Source of the DNA: Podospora anserina
Taxonomy: Eukaryota
Direction of reading: 5' to 3'
NCBI GenBank assembly: GCA_017654855.1
Contig: CM030335.1
Coordinates: forward strand, 186,001 to 250,000
DNA length: 64,000 nt
In this document: positions 1-11,138 of the stretch, in pieces
Numbering within the stretch: position 1 is the first letter of the stretch
Layout: every line of letters starts with the position of its first letter
Translations under genes and position numbers: made by a program
The notes under the pieces: model-generated
Databases searched by the model: none
What the model saw: only the letters and a program-made list of their open reading frames with translations
What the model was told of the DNA's origin: nothing

Positions 1-703
1 GGAAAAAGTAAGTAATCATTGTGATTAAATAGTGGAGTGGATGCCCGTATTGACAAAGGAAAATGCTTTTCGAAAGCCAAGGCTGTGTAAGGTATGTGTA
101 AAAAGTGAGAGTGAGTCCCTGACCCTGAAATGAAACTGCCCCTGCTCTCTGACATAAATGAGAAACAAAGGTTGGGACAGAGGGATATATACATGCATCA
201 TCAGTCCATCAGAAACATCATGCCGGGCAGCCCAATCCCAACCCCCCCCCCCGCAATAATTATCAACAAAAGAATTTCCCCCCAGGCACCCGGGGGTTAG
301 AGTTTGGCTCATACACAGGCTAACCAACGGCCTGGACGTTTTGCCCAAATCACTCGTACACTGACAAGAACCGGCCCTGAAGACCGGTCATCAAGCCGTC
401 CAAACTGATGTTGGTTGGCTTCCTCGGCGGCTATTTTGGAGCTGCAAGATAACACACAACATCAGTATCACCGCTCCGGAAAGCAGCCTGGAGTGTCAAG
501 ACCGCGAGGCAGTGCAATCTCACCTCGGAAGCAAGCAAACCACGTGGCCGCAAAGGCAACACACTCCACCGGATGGAGGTATCACAAGCCGTGTCGTATC
601 AGTCAGCGGTGCCTCCCCTTCCAGAAACCCCAACTCGGGCGTGTAGGGTAAAGGGGTGTTGTGACGTGGTGCACATTCTCGGCCACCTATCGGTGTTCAA
701 CTA

Positions 704-1654
704 CTACCCCTTCGCCGTGAGCGCCCTCCCACTCGGCCTCTCCACCCTGGAAAGTGACACCTCGTGTATAAAGTGTGACAGGGAAGGGTCCGACTTGGCG
801 TATAACACCAAGAGGCTCCTCACTTCTCCTTCTGTGAGCAAATCCACCGACTGGCTCAGAGTTCTCTGCCGTGGCGGTGCGCGTTCGACTTGCTGGTCGT
901 TTTCATCTTGTGAAGGTTCGTCCCAGTCGTCACTACGGCAGTCAATTGTTTCTTGGCTCGAGGCCGAGGTTGGAGGTGTGATATCCGCCAGGGGAGTTCG
1001 TGGGGTTTTGGAGAGTGGTGTTTCCGTCACGGGCTGGGTGTCGACCATGTCTTCCTGTGTCTCCTCATCCTGCCGAGGGTCTGGTGATATTCTCAGCGGA
1101 GAGACGGCGCGTCTTTTTCGGCGCTGCTGTGGTTGGAACATCTCGGCTTGTTGTCCGGGAGGTAGTGATCCTGAGAGGGATGCTGATGAAGGGGTGCGAG
1201 CGTGTCGGGGTGAACGTGGTGAGTGACTGTGAGATGATCGCGATGATTGCAGGTGGTGAGAAGGTCGTGGTGAGTGCGGCGGTGGTCTCATCGCAGGCAT
1301 ATCGGCATGGCTTGATGCTGGTCGACCTGATGTCCTCCGCAACATCTGCGTCGCAGCCCTCGCCGCTGGGCTCTCACTGGCACCCCTCTCGACATGATGG
1401 CTCTGTTTCTGCACACGTCCGCTAGCCACCTGATGCCCCGCCGTCATGAACCGCACCATTCGCGGCATCTTGGGGGAGGACTGGGCGGTAGGTGGACCAT
1501 TTTCGGCAGTGCCTGCTAGTCCAGGCCGGGGGTGGTTGCTGTGGCGTCTTCTTGACGATGGATGCGACGACGTCAGTGAGGACCTTCGAGAGTGACCGCG
1601 TTCGTGGCTGCTGCTGCCATGAGAGTTCATGGTCAGCTCGGGAGAGTATAACAT
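704..1654 (-). CDS. Hypothetical Ser/Arg/Pro-rich low-complexity protein; 3' end may be spliced further
   Basis: Long ORF (704..1747, likely ATG at 1654, MLYSPEL...), mostly disordered, with a short ordered-looking C-terminal segment (VDLLTEGEVRSLLVLYAKSDPSLSHFIHE). No recognised domain. Confidence 0.5.
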   Translation of the reverse strand: MLYSPELTMNSHGSSSHERGHSRRSSLTSSHPSSRRRHSNHPRPGLAGTAENGPPTAQSSPKMPRMVRFMTAGHQVASGRVQKQSHHVERGASESPAARAATQMLRRTSGRPASSHADMPAMRPPPHSPRPSHHLQSSRSSHSHSPRSPRHARTPSSASLSGSLPPGQQAEMFQPQQRRKRRAVSPLRISPDPRQDEETQEDMVDTQPVTETPLSKTPRTPLADITPPTSASSQETIDCRSDDWDEPSQDENDQQVERAPPRQRTLSQSVDLLTEGEVRSLLVLYAKSDPSLSHFIHEVSLSRVERPSGRALTAKG

Positions 1655-1950
1655 CTTGTTGTCGACCGTGTGACGGCTGCGGTGTTTCTTCTTTTCACAT
1701 GCGCATGCGTGATATTTGTGTAAAGTTGGAAATAACAACAACAACAAAGACTTTGTCTGTATTTCTTTGTGCGAGGGGAACGCGCGACTGGGGGTCGTGT
1801 TTACGACAGGGATAACGCGTCCGCGATGCGACGTTGATGTATTTCATGTCATTACCTCCCCCACTTGCCCAAAGAGGTCAAGGCAGTCACAAAGAATTGT
1901 ATTGATTACACGCTCGGTATCGTTATTTCCATTCTTTTGTCAACAATCCC

Positions 1951-2828
1951 TCAAAACCCGCCAATATATCGCGCCCCAGCCACCACGACGACCAAGTTCA
2001 TCATCATGACTGGAACTCTCGACCCCTCTGCACCACCCGTCGCAACACTCGTCTCAGCAGCAGCCGGTGTGTCCACCCCAGCGAACAGATTTCCCCTCCC
2101 CGACTCCCCTACGCTCGGCGTGCTACAGCTCTCATTCGGCGGCGTCCCGGGCAGGTAAACACTCGACACTTTGATCTCGGTCGAGTTGAAGCAGTTGGTC
2201 TCATTCACCTGCGGAACCAAGGCAGGGTCGTCGGTGAAAATGATGTCGGAGCACTGCACATGTATTGTCATCAGCAACCTCACCAGCTCAAGACATCACT
2301 GGGATAACAAACACTAAACTGCCCAGCCCCATGGCTCGACGCCTCAACAACCTGCACGCTCGCCCGATCACCGCTCTTGATTCTTGTCGACCACACCGTC
2401 CCCGGAACGTCCAGCTTCGGGATGCAGACCGTGCCCGGGTAGGGGTTGTTCGTCGGGCCGTTGATGTAAAACTTGGTCAGGGGGAAGGAGTAATTCTCCG
2501 GCTTCTCTCCAATGCCCAGGTTGATGTAGATGAGGGCTGTCTCGTGGCCTTGGAACCACCCGGGCTGGAGGGCGACGGCGCCGCCAGAGATGGGCCAGTA
2601 GGTGCGGTTGGTGGTTGGGGAGACGCCGCCGCCTTTTTGACCGGTATCACCTTCGGTCAGCGGTGTTGGCCATCAAGGGTTGGGGGAGAGCTTACAAGGA
2701 TACATCCACTGCATTCCAAAGGGAAAGGTTGCATTCGTGACGAGGTTGTTGGCTCGCCAGCCTGGGTAGGTGACAACCACATGCGCCTGGGCGACATGTG
2801 CCAGTACAGTTGTGAGAATGAACAACAT
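1951..2828 (-). CDS. X325/Bim1-like (LPMO-like) GPI-anchored copper-binding protein, 3 exons
   Basis: Manual splicing gives signal peptide MLFILTTVLAHVAQA then His1 (HVVVTYPGWRANNLVTNATFPFGMQWMYPC), ...NRTYWPISGGAVALQPGWFQGHETALIYINLG...PYPGTVC...VQVVEASSHGAGQFSCSDIIF, a Ser/Thr tail and a hydrophobic C-terminus. Introns ~2651-2695 (alternative AAG acceptor ~15 nt further) and 2254-2312. Confidence 0.85.
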
Positions 2829-3344
2829 TCTGTTAGTTCAAGTAGTGATAGAGGTAGGTATGGTTGAGGATGGATCAAGTTTGGAAAGAGGGGATGGCAC
2901 CCCTTTTCATCGTCGACACACAAGTCCGAGGTGCCCAGTCATGTCTGGCTCTCAATGACAGGGGCGGTGCCTTACCAAAACCCAGTGTAGGCGACTGTCC
3001 AGCATTGCATTCTGCGCCACGGAAATAATTTATTATATGGTTTTTGCTAGGCAACCATCAACAGCAGAGGCAAAAGATCGACGAATCCATTATATTGTGA
3101 CGGGTATAACTATGAAGTCAATAACAAAAAAGAATATCCTCCCAGTTCCTCCTTCCGTTGTGATATAAATCCATTAGTATCCATGCCAGTCTCATCGGGG
3201 TATCGGGTATCGGTGGTATCATAAGCCATATCTTCTTCCAGCTCCTATCCACTCCAAACATATCTCCTACAAATCATGTCCAGACCATGTCTCGCGTCGT
3301 GTGAGTTTTCGAATGTCTCTGATCAGAATGGTGCCGCCCAGTGT

Positions 3345-3835
3345 TTAGACAACAGCAGTGGTGCGAGCACCGCCGCGGTAGAAGCCGTTGTGCCAGTCGT
3401 AAAGGACGTTGAAGAACAGGAAGAAGAAGGCGATGAAGCTAAAGGCCTCGACCGCATGGAGAAGGGAGCTATTGCTGTAGGTGTAGCTGCTGGCTGTGAA
3501 CACCACGACCACGAGCCATAGATAGGAAAAGATGAGGTTAAACAGCAAGACGAAACCAGGGCGACCAGCGAGGAAAAAGGCGGCGAGGTAGAAAATGGTG
3601 GTGAGGACAGACTGCAAAGGTTAGCTTGGTGCTCGTTGAAAACGATGGTGGGGGGTGGGGGGGAAACACATACAATAACCAGAGAGTAGATGACAAAGTC
3701 GCCGCGGGTGCCCTCAGAGACGAGGTAAGCAAGAATGCCCATGACAATGACGGCCGAGATCCAGACGATGGCCGAGGAGGCCAAAAGGAAGGGGGCCAGC
3801 CCCGTGCGGGCGGAGGTGCGGCCTGTTCGTGCCAT
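3345..3835 (-). CDS. Small four-TM membrane protein (MARVEL-like), 2 exons
   Basis: ORFs 3323..3835 and 3345..3617 join through intron 3612-3673 (GTATGT...GCTAAC...CAG). Four hydrophobic helices with IFSYLW and EAFSFIAFF motifs typical of fungal MARVEL-like proteins. Confidence 0.75.
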
Positions 3836-5139
3836 TGTGTGATTGGTTTAGGCTTGAGGGTTGCTGGTGGTCGGGCTGGAGGAGCTTGGCTTCACTGGGT
3901 AGTGGAGTGTAAATGGTGAACTGGTTGAACAGAGAGGAAGAAATTCACCTGACCACAGACTGGACAGACTGGAATTTATATCATGGCAACCCAAAGGTGC
4001 ACATCGGGCTTCTCGCGGTGACATCTGGAATTCCACAGAAATGACGAGAAAATGGCATTGACTCCAAGCCAACCAGTGCTTGTCAACGGGCTGGAGCCGG
4101 GTGTGACAAGACAGCACCAGCACTGGCCAGCAATTGAAGCCGGTTGCCGTTAATGCCGTTGGACGAATCGTTGATCAGCGGCCGTCGGCTTGGCCATGGG
4201 TAGCTACCGGCGCGTGATGGGAGAGCAGCAGCCACTGACGGCATCCCGCCAAATATCTTGGCGGTCTGGCTGACGTCGAAGGCTCGCGATGCCCACTCGT
4301 TGGTTGAGTCTTTGATCGATGACGTCACATCTTCATGCACATGTGAAACCATTCTTTTTTGCTATGCCAAGGAACCAGGAAGTACTGACAAATGGAAAAT
4401 CAGGGTTTCCAAGGGTAGCTCCGGGGCACTCTTGAAACAATTCGGGAGATGGAGAATGCGTTACTGGAAGAGGCAAGCCCAGTTGAGAGCATCCGAAGTG
4501 TCGTTGATCCTATGCCGGGCCGAACCGTGTCGGGCCGGGTCACAAAAGGTCTCCAACAAAGCAATATCCAAAGGTTATTCAAGCCACTATACGACTTTTT
4601 CGGCATTTCGGCATTATCTGGCCCTTTAGATGTCTGCATTGACAAATAAAAGTTGATAGACATCTAGAGTTGCTACCTGTCCCCTATTATATAGCACTAT
4701 CGAATATTCCCATGCATTTTTATCTGGGCGACAAGTCGGTTGATGCGTGGCATTCGCTCAAGTTCACAGCTTGTTCTCAATCTTATTTATTAGTCCATTA
4801 GTCCCAGAAATGAGAGCTTGATAAGACCCGCAAGCAAGTTGCGGAATAAAAGATGGCTCTGGAAGGGCTTAGACAGACTGCTCCTTCCTCGCAGAAATTT
4901 CTCTTTGAGCTGGCGGAGACACTCCACTTCATATCAATATTTCAAGGGCATAGAAGGAGCAACTGCTTCCGCTTCAACTTTCCTTTAACTCGGCCTTGCT
5001 CCACTGGCGGAGACTGCCTGCTGCCATCATTGCGAGATGGGCACCTGTACATCGTCTCTCCCTGTGGCAGTACTGTTCGAAACCCTTCCTCTGCCAGTCA
5101 TAGAAACATTCTCACAGCTAACTCTTGAGTGTGTTTACA

Positions 5140-5544
5140 ATGTTCTCCTTCGCCATTCACGTCTGCAGCGTCTTGCTCGCACTTTCCAGGGTAGGTATTT
5201 GCAACTTGATTTCTAGCAACTTTCGACCTGAAATAAACAATTGCTAAGTCTCTCACTACAGTTGGTCCATGGTCTCCCCAAGATCCTGGAGGACCCTGAA
5301 GCTGCCGGTCCACCCAGCGGCTACAGCATCGTTCCCATCGAGTGGGACGTGCCCATCGACCTCAACACCCCCGGCAGTGCCACTGTTCACCTGAGCGGTA
5401 CCATCCAGGACGTCGTGGAGCAGCATTGCGGCTGGTGCCTTGGAGATCTACAACCAATGCCGATGGCCAGGTATCGACATGTGTGGTGGGACCATCTTTT
5501 ACAAGGATGATTGGAATGTCGTTGTCAAGAAGGACTTTTGTTAG
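5140..5544 (+). pseudogene. Internally deleted, frameshifted gene for a small secreted Cys-containing protein
   Basis: Signal peptide MFSFAIHVCSVLLALSR, intron 5191-5261, then GYSIVPIEWDVP...LSGTIQDVVEQ. This is fused out of frame at ~5421 to a C-terminus SIAAGALEIYNQC...GGTIFYKDDWNVVVKKDFC*. Confidence 0.65.
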
Positions 5545-6161
5545 ACATGGGCGGGCGGTGCTTTAGTTGTGGAATTGGTCTGCCTAGAGACGACATTAAT
5601 ACTGACTGAGACGGCTACCTTACGTTACACACGACAGAGTACAGAGGAGCTCCTTTTGCAACGTACCTTATCAATCCATGCATCTCTCACCCAATCGGTC
5701 CGCCCTCCCGCATCTCCACCTCGGCACTTGGGCAAGCTAGCCCCTCACTCCCGTGCCCCCATGCTCCCCCGGATTTTCTAGTTTCCCCAGATTGTACCTC
5801 CGCTGTCAATGCTAGGCGTTGACCGCACGTTGGGGTGTTGCGGGGGGGGGGGAGGGGTTGAATGCGGCGGTTGGTAGGGCCAATGTTACCAGGCTACAAC
5901 GACACCTGTTTATTGGACAATATTAGCCTGCAACACACACACCACTTGGTCATCTCTGAGTAAGGAAATCCTTCCCCTCTTGACGGCGAGACTCACAGGT
6001 TTTGTGACACGTTAATTACCCGCGAACCGGGTGGTTGGATCCACTTGCAGTATTACACCCGGGTTGGCGGGAGGGAGGGAGGTTATTATATGACCTCCAG
6101 CGATTCTCTAACTCGTCAGTGACAAAACCGCTTCTCAACTGTCAACACCACCGAGACAAAG

Positions 6162-8061
6162 ATGGGTGACCGCATCAGCCCCGATCAAGTCGGGGAGGAG
6201 GGCAACATGCTCACCACCGACCTCCTCATCATCGGCGCCGGGCCCGCAGGCGCCTCCCTAGCATGCTTCCTCGCCTCGCACGGGAAAAAGGGCCTCCTGC
6301 TTGCGTCAGCACCGGGAACCTCGCCCACCCCTCGCGCGCACATCACCAACCCTGCTGGTCTCGAAACACTTCGAGACATTGGCCTCGAGGAACAGTGTCT
6401 CTCCCTTGCGACCCCGTCGACAAACATGAAGCACACCCGTTGGTGTCGGTCTTTGGCGGGGGAGGAGTACGCGAGGGTGTACTCCTGGGGCCACGACCCG
6501 ATCTACAAGGGCGCGTACGAGGCTGCTTCGCCGTGCAAACACGTTGATCTGCCGCAGACGCTGCTCGAGCCGGTGCTTGTGCGGAAAGCAACCGAGGGGG
6601 GGTGGGGGGTGAGGTTCAGCACGCGGTTGCTAAAGGTGAAGCAGTTGGATGAGGGGGTGGAGGTGGAGGTGCGGGATGAGATATTGAAGCGGGGGTATAA
6701 GATCAGGTGTAGGTATTTGTTTGGCTGTGACGGGGCGAGGAGTCAGGTTGTGAGGGAGGTGGGGTTGCCGTTGATCAAGAAGCCCGGGCAGGGGCTGGCA
6801 CTGAATGTGCTGGTGAGGGCGGATTTGACGCATTTGATGGAGCCGCATAGGGTGGGGAACTTGCATTGGGTGTTTAAACCGGAGGAGGGGATCGATGGCA
6901 GAGAGGCGCCGGCGTGGGGGTGGGCGGCGATTGTGAGGATGGTGAAGCCTTGGACCGAGTGGATGTTTATCTTTTTGGCGAAGCCGGGGATGGATTTGAA
7001 GGGGGAGGAGATGGAGGCCACCGAGGAGGAGTACTTGGCGAGGGTGAAGGAGGTGATCGGGGATGAGAGCGTTGAGGCGGAGTTGATGCACGCGAGCAAG
7101 TGGTGGATCAATGAGGTGGTGGCGGAGAGGTATCAGGAGAGAGATGTGTGGGTCTTTTTGTCACGAGTGATTGTGGTGTCAATGTAACTGACATTGGGAC
7201 AGGTTCTGTCTGGGTGATGCAGTCCACCGCCACCCCCCGTTCAACGGTCTAGGCTCCAACACCTGTCTCCAAGACGCCTTCAACCTCGCCTGGAAGGTCT
7301 CCTACGTGCTCGACGGCAGGGCCAGTCCCGGCCTGCTGGACTCCTACTCGCTTGAGAGACAGCCTGTGGGAGTAGACATCATCACCCGGGCCAACGACGG
7401 ACTGAGAGACCACATCCCCTGGCAGCAAACCCTCGGGATGCCCTCCCCCGACCCGGCCGAGCGCGCCAAGATCCTCGCCGAATTCGAATCCGCGACACCA
7501 GAAGGAAGGAAGCGAAGACGGGAATTCCAAAAGGGAATTGAGAGAACAACGACCGAGTTTCACGGACTGGGCATAGAGATGAACCAGAACTATTCTCACT
7601 CACCAGCAGTCTACCTTGACGATGAGACAGGACCGGGGCCTGCGGTGCCAGAGGATAAAGTCAGGACACATGTTGTGACGACATACCCGGGGAGGAGACT
7701 GCCCCATGTGTGGGTTAACACTCGGATACCAGCGAAGAATATGACGAGCACGATTGACCTAGCTGGGCATGGGAATTTTTGCTTGCTGACTGGGTTTGGG
7801 GGAGGCAGATGGAAGGAGGCGGCAAAGTCAGTGGGTGAGAAGTTGGGACTGCAGATCAACAGCTACAGTATTGGCTGGAATCAGGACTATGAAGATGTCT
7901 ACTTTGACTGGGCAAAGAAGAGGGAGGTGGAGGAGGATGGGTGTGTGCTGGTGAGACCTGATCGGTTTGTTGCTTGGCGGGCAAAGGAGATGGTGGAGGA
8001 TGCCGAGGGGAAGTTGGAGGAGGTTTTGAGAAGGGTACTGGGGAGACCTAGGGAGGCGTGA
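6162..8061 (+). CDS. FAD-dependent monooxygenase (phenol/2,4-dichlorophenol hydroxylase-like), 2 exons
   Basis: GAGPAG dinucleotide-binding motif; GCDGARS; after intron 7148-7202 VFCLGDAVHRHPPFNGLGSNTCLQDAFNLAWK; C-terminal PGRRLPH and LVRPDRFVAW. Confidence 0.93.
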
Positions 8062-8529
8062 GGAAAACAGATGTGGTACCTAGGTAGTAGCTATGGAAAC
8101 AAGTAATATTTGATCCTCGCTTCACAGGTACCACGACTTTCTCTTGGTGACGACCCCGGTCAAGAGGGACGGTGTCACGGTGTGGCCAGACCTCTAAGCG
8201 GTTGGAGTTTGTCAGAAGCAGGCTGCGTGGTGGCGTCCAATAAACGGCCATATCAGCGTGGCTCAGCAGGCCCCTCGAATTCAGCCCACGCACGCCAATG
8301 CAGGCGCCGACAACAACCACACCTCCCAAGGCAGATCTGGCTGGCATCCCAAGGCCGATTAAATGGTTTGAGGAAGCCAGTCGAGCGGGGTAAAGCCGGG
8401 TGGGTGGTTTTCTTCCTTACTCTTTGTGATTCTCTGCCGGAGGCTGCTCTCTCGTGAACCTTCAGGTGAGGATCGCTTCACTTGACTTGATCATCAGTAT
8501 CCCGAGTAATCACACACATCACACCAACC

Positions 8530-10602
8530 ATGGACTCCCAAGCCACAAACATCTTTCGCAAATTCGGCACCAAGAAGAAGCGCGACTCGATGCCTCTTCC
8601 AACGAAACGGATAATCCTACCCAAACGCACGGAAACTCGCGAAACGGCACATACCGTCGCAAAAGCCGACCCAGGACCACTACTCCCAGCCAGTACATCT
8701 CTCGACCTCGACCGTGCCCTCCCACCACTCCACGACCCCCCCAGCTCCCAACCCCAACCCCAACCCCAACCCCCAACAGCAGAAATCACCCTCTCCGAAC
8801 CCTGGGTCTCCGCCCATCACCACCACCACCACCGCCGGGCACACTCAACCTCGACCCGCAACGGCACCCCCACCCCCTCGCCATGGGAAGAAGCAGAGAT
8901 GAACCGCCTGAAAGCCAGCCATGAAGAACAAATCCGGGACCTGAAGGTGAAGCTGGGGATGGAACTGGAGGACACGCGCCGCGACATGGCCAGACGAACG
9001 CACCAGCTGGTTGAACTCACCCGTCTGCACGACCGTGACAAGGAGGCGGTCGAGCGGGTCAAGGAGCTGGAGAAGGAGGGGGAGAAGGTGAGGGAGGAGT
9101 TGAACAATCTCAAGAACAACGCCAAGCAGAACTTTCAGATTGCCGAGGAGTGGAAGAAGGCGCATGATGACTTGACGAGGGAGAAGGAGAGGCTGGCGGA
9201 GGAGTTGAAAGAGGGGAGGGGGCAGTTGGAGAGTTCTGAGAAACAGGTTGCCAAGCTGGAGGGGGAGAGGGGGAAGTTGACGAGGCTGCTGCAGGACGCG
9301 GAGGTGGATTTTCAGAGGATGGTGGAGGAGAGGGAGGTCAAGTTTGCAAAGGAGAAGGAGGTTCACCGGAGTGAGACGGATTCCCAGTTGCGGACGTTGC
9401 TTGACAAGATGGAAGATGGGAAGAGGAGACTCAAGGCCGAGTATGAGGTGGAGAAGTCGGCGATGACGCAGCAGGTGCACGGGTTGAAGGCTGAGCAGAA
9501 ACACCAGGCGAGAAGGTACGAGGAGCAGATACAAAGACTGAAAGACGAAAGCACCGTGAGGCTTCAGGAGCTGCGTCACCACTACCAGATCGAGTTGGAG
9601 AGTCAGGCGGCAAAATACAAGACCGAGATCAGCCACCGCATGGAGGAGTCCGACGCCAAGATGGCAGCTTACATGATGGACCGTGACGAACAGGCGGCGC
9701 GGGAAAGGGAACAGTACGAAAGACAAATTGCCGACCTCAAGCAGGTCCTAATGGAAAGACCGGGCGACTTTGACCTGCGACTTGTGTCTGACAGGAGTCT
9801 CAAGGAGGAATACCGGGCACTGAAGCGATCTGTCGACACAATCACGTTCAATCTCGGCCCCATGACAATCGACAGGAACATCGATGCGGCCAGCTTCCTG
9901 GAGCGAGAGGGAAAAGGCCAGGAGAGGCTTTTTGTAAAGGCTCTCATCTGGGCCATGATCCTGGATGGCTTCTTCTCGGCGCCGTACGGGTTTGGAGCAC
10001 TGGGGCCTGGGGCCAACGGGGGGCCATTGTTTGAGCTGTACCGGAGCTGGAAGGGAATCGTCGAGGGTGATGGGTCAAAGGACGAGAATGGTCCTCTGGG
10101 ACAGAATGAGTTTGGGCCCTTGTACCGGGATCGATATGCGAATTCGTGGCGCTCGGCGACTTTTCAGTCTATCCTGTATGCTGCTGCAGCAAAGGATGCG
10201 GATGGCAACAGTCTGGCCACTGGGGTCAGCAAGACTGTCCAGGTCAATCGTCAACGAGTCCAGGATAACATGCTGGCGATGCTGAAGAGCGTTTGCCGTG
10301 GCGATGTCAGCAAAGAGATACAAGAGGAGCTGACGGTGGCCGTGGGGAGGGCGAGTGAGCTGGCCATTGTATTCGGAGCACACCGAGCAAATGTTTGTTT
10401 CAGCACCCCCAACCGAGGCGATGCAGTTGAACTCGGACGGGAGTTCGTCGACTGCCAAGACAACGATGGCAGCAAAGGGGTTACCGTGACGGTTGAGCTG
10501 CCGGTGCTGCCGGCTCTGTTCATCATCGGCGATGGGAAGAATGATCTGACAAGTGTTTTGTGCGTGGAGCAAGGGGAGGTATTACCGGTAGCCGGCTCAT
10601 GA
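8530..10602 (+). CDS. Hypothetical fungal coiled-coil protein (690 aa)
   Basis: Single long ORF: Pro/His-rich N-terminus, long E/K/R/L heptad region, globular C-terminal domain (GFFSAPYGFGALG...WRSATF...PALFIIGDGKNDL). Confidence 0.8.
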   Translation: MDSQATNIFRKFGTKKKRDSMPLPTKRIILPKRTETRETAHTVAKADPGPLLPASTSLDLDRALPPLHDPPSSQPQPQPQPPTAEITLSEPWVSAHHHHHHRRAHSTSTRNGTPTPSPWEEAEMNRLKASHEEQIRDLKVKLGMELEDTRRDMARRTHQLVELTRLHDRDKEAVERVKELEKEGEKVREELNNLKNNAKQNFQIAEEWKKAHDDLTREKERLAEELKEGRGQLESSEKQVAKLEGERGKLTRLLQDAEVDFQRMVEEREVKFAKEKEVHRSETDSQLRTLLDKMEDGKRRLKAEYEVEKSAMTQQVHGLKAEQKHQARRYEEQIQRLKDESTVRLQELRHHYQIELESQAAKYKTEISHRMEESDAKMAAYMMDRDEQAAREREQYERQIADLKQVLMERPGDFDLRLVSDRSLKEEYRALKRSVDTITFNLGPMTIDRNIDAASFLEREGKGQERLFVKALIWAMILDGFFSAPYGFGALGPGANGGPLFELYRSWKGIVEGDGSKDENGPLGQNEFGPLYRDRYANSWRSATFQSILYAAAAKDADGNSLATGVSKTVQVNRQRVQDNMLAMLKSVCRGDVSKEIQEELTVAVGRASELAIVFGAHRANVCFSTPNRGDAVELGREFVDCQDNDGSKGVTVTVELPVLPALFIIGDGKNDLTSVLCVEQGEVLPVAGS

Positions 10603-11138
10603 TAGACGTGGAGATACCTCAATCAAGGAGAGAATCATCATGGCTGATGACGACCAGAACAGGGCAGCCGTACATGTTCCCCTCATCCCAAGACGACCCC
10701 CTCCATCCATCTTGTGCCAATCACGTCGTTCACGGCATGTCTGTGTAACCATGCCAATTGTGCTGTCTTGTACAGGATTCCACGGCCCTTGCCTTGGATG
10801 CCCTTTTCATTCGCTCTCGGCATGTCAGATAGGTATGCCACACGGTGCTCGTAAATGCGACCCTTGATGTGCATCGAAGGTCTATCGCTGCCGGCAGATG
10901 GGGTTGTCAGCACAGAGGTGACGTGATCTGTGTCCCCTGATATCACATGGTTGTGTGTGCTTGACGACATGCCTGTCGTGTGTATCCCGAGCATAATAGG
11001 CACACTCGCATTCTATCAAGCCGAGCCGGACTTGTTCGCCGTCCAAGACATCATAAATAAGCCCGACTCGTCTTCTCAACGTTGCAAGGCCGAAGCACAC
11101 AGCATGCCCAGGTGCCTTAGGTAGGTAACCACTTCGCA

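Noticed and set aside
8845-9726. Long antisense ORFs opposite real genes (also 14186..15079, 24074..24832, 27608..28498, 48062..48856)
   Set aside because: Shadow ORFs caused by GC-rich codon bias of the sense genes.
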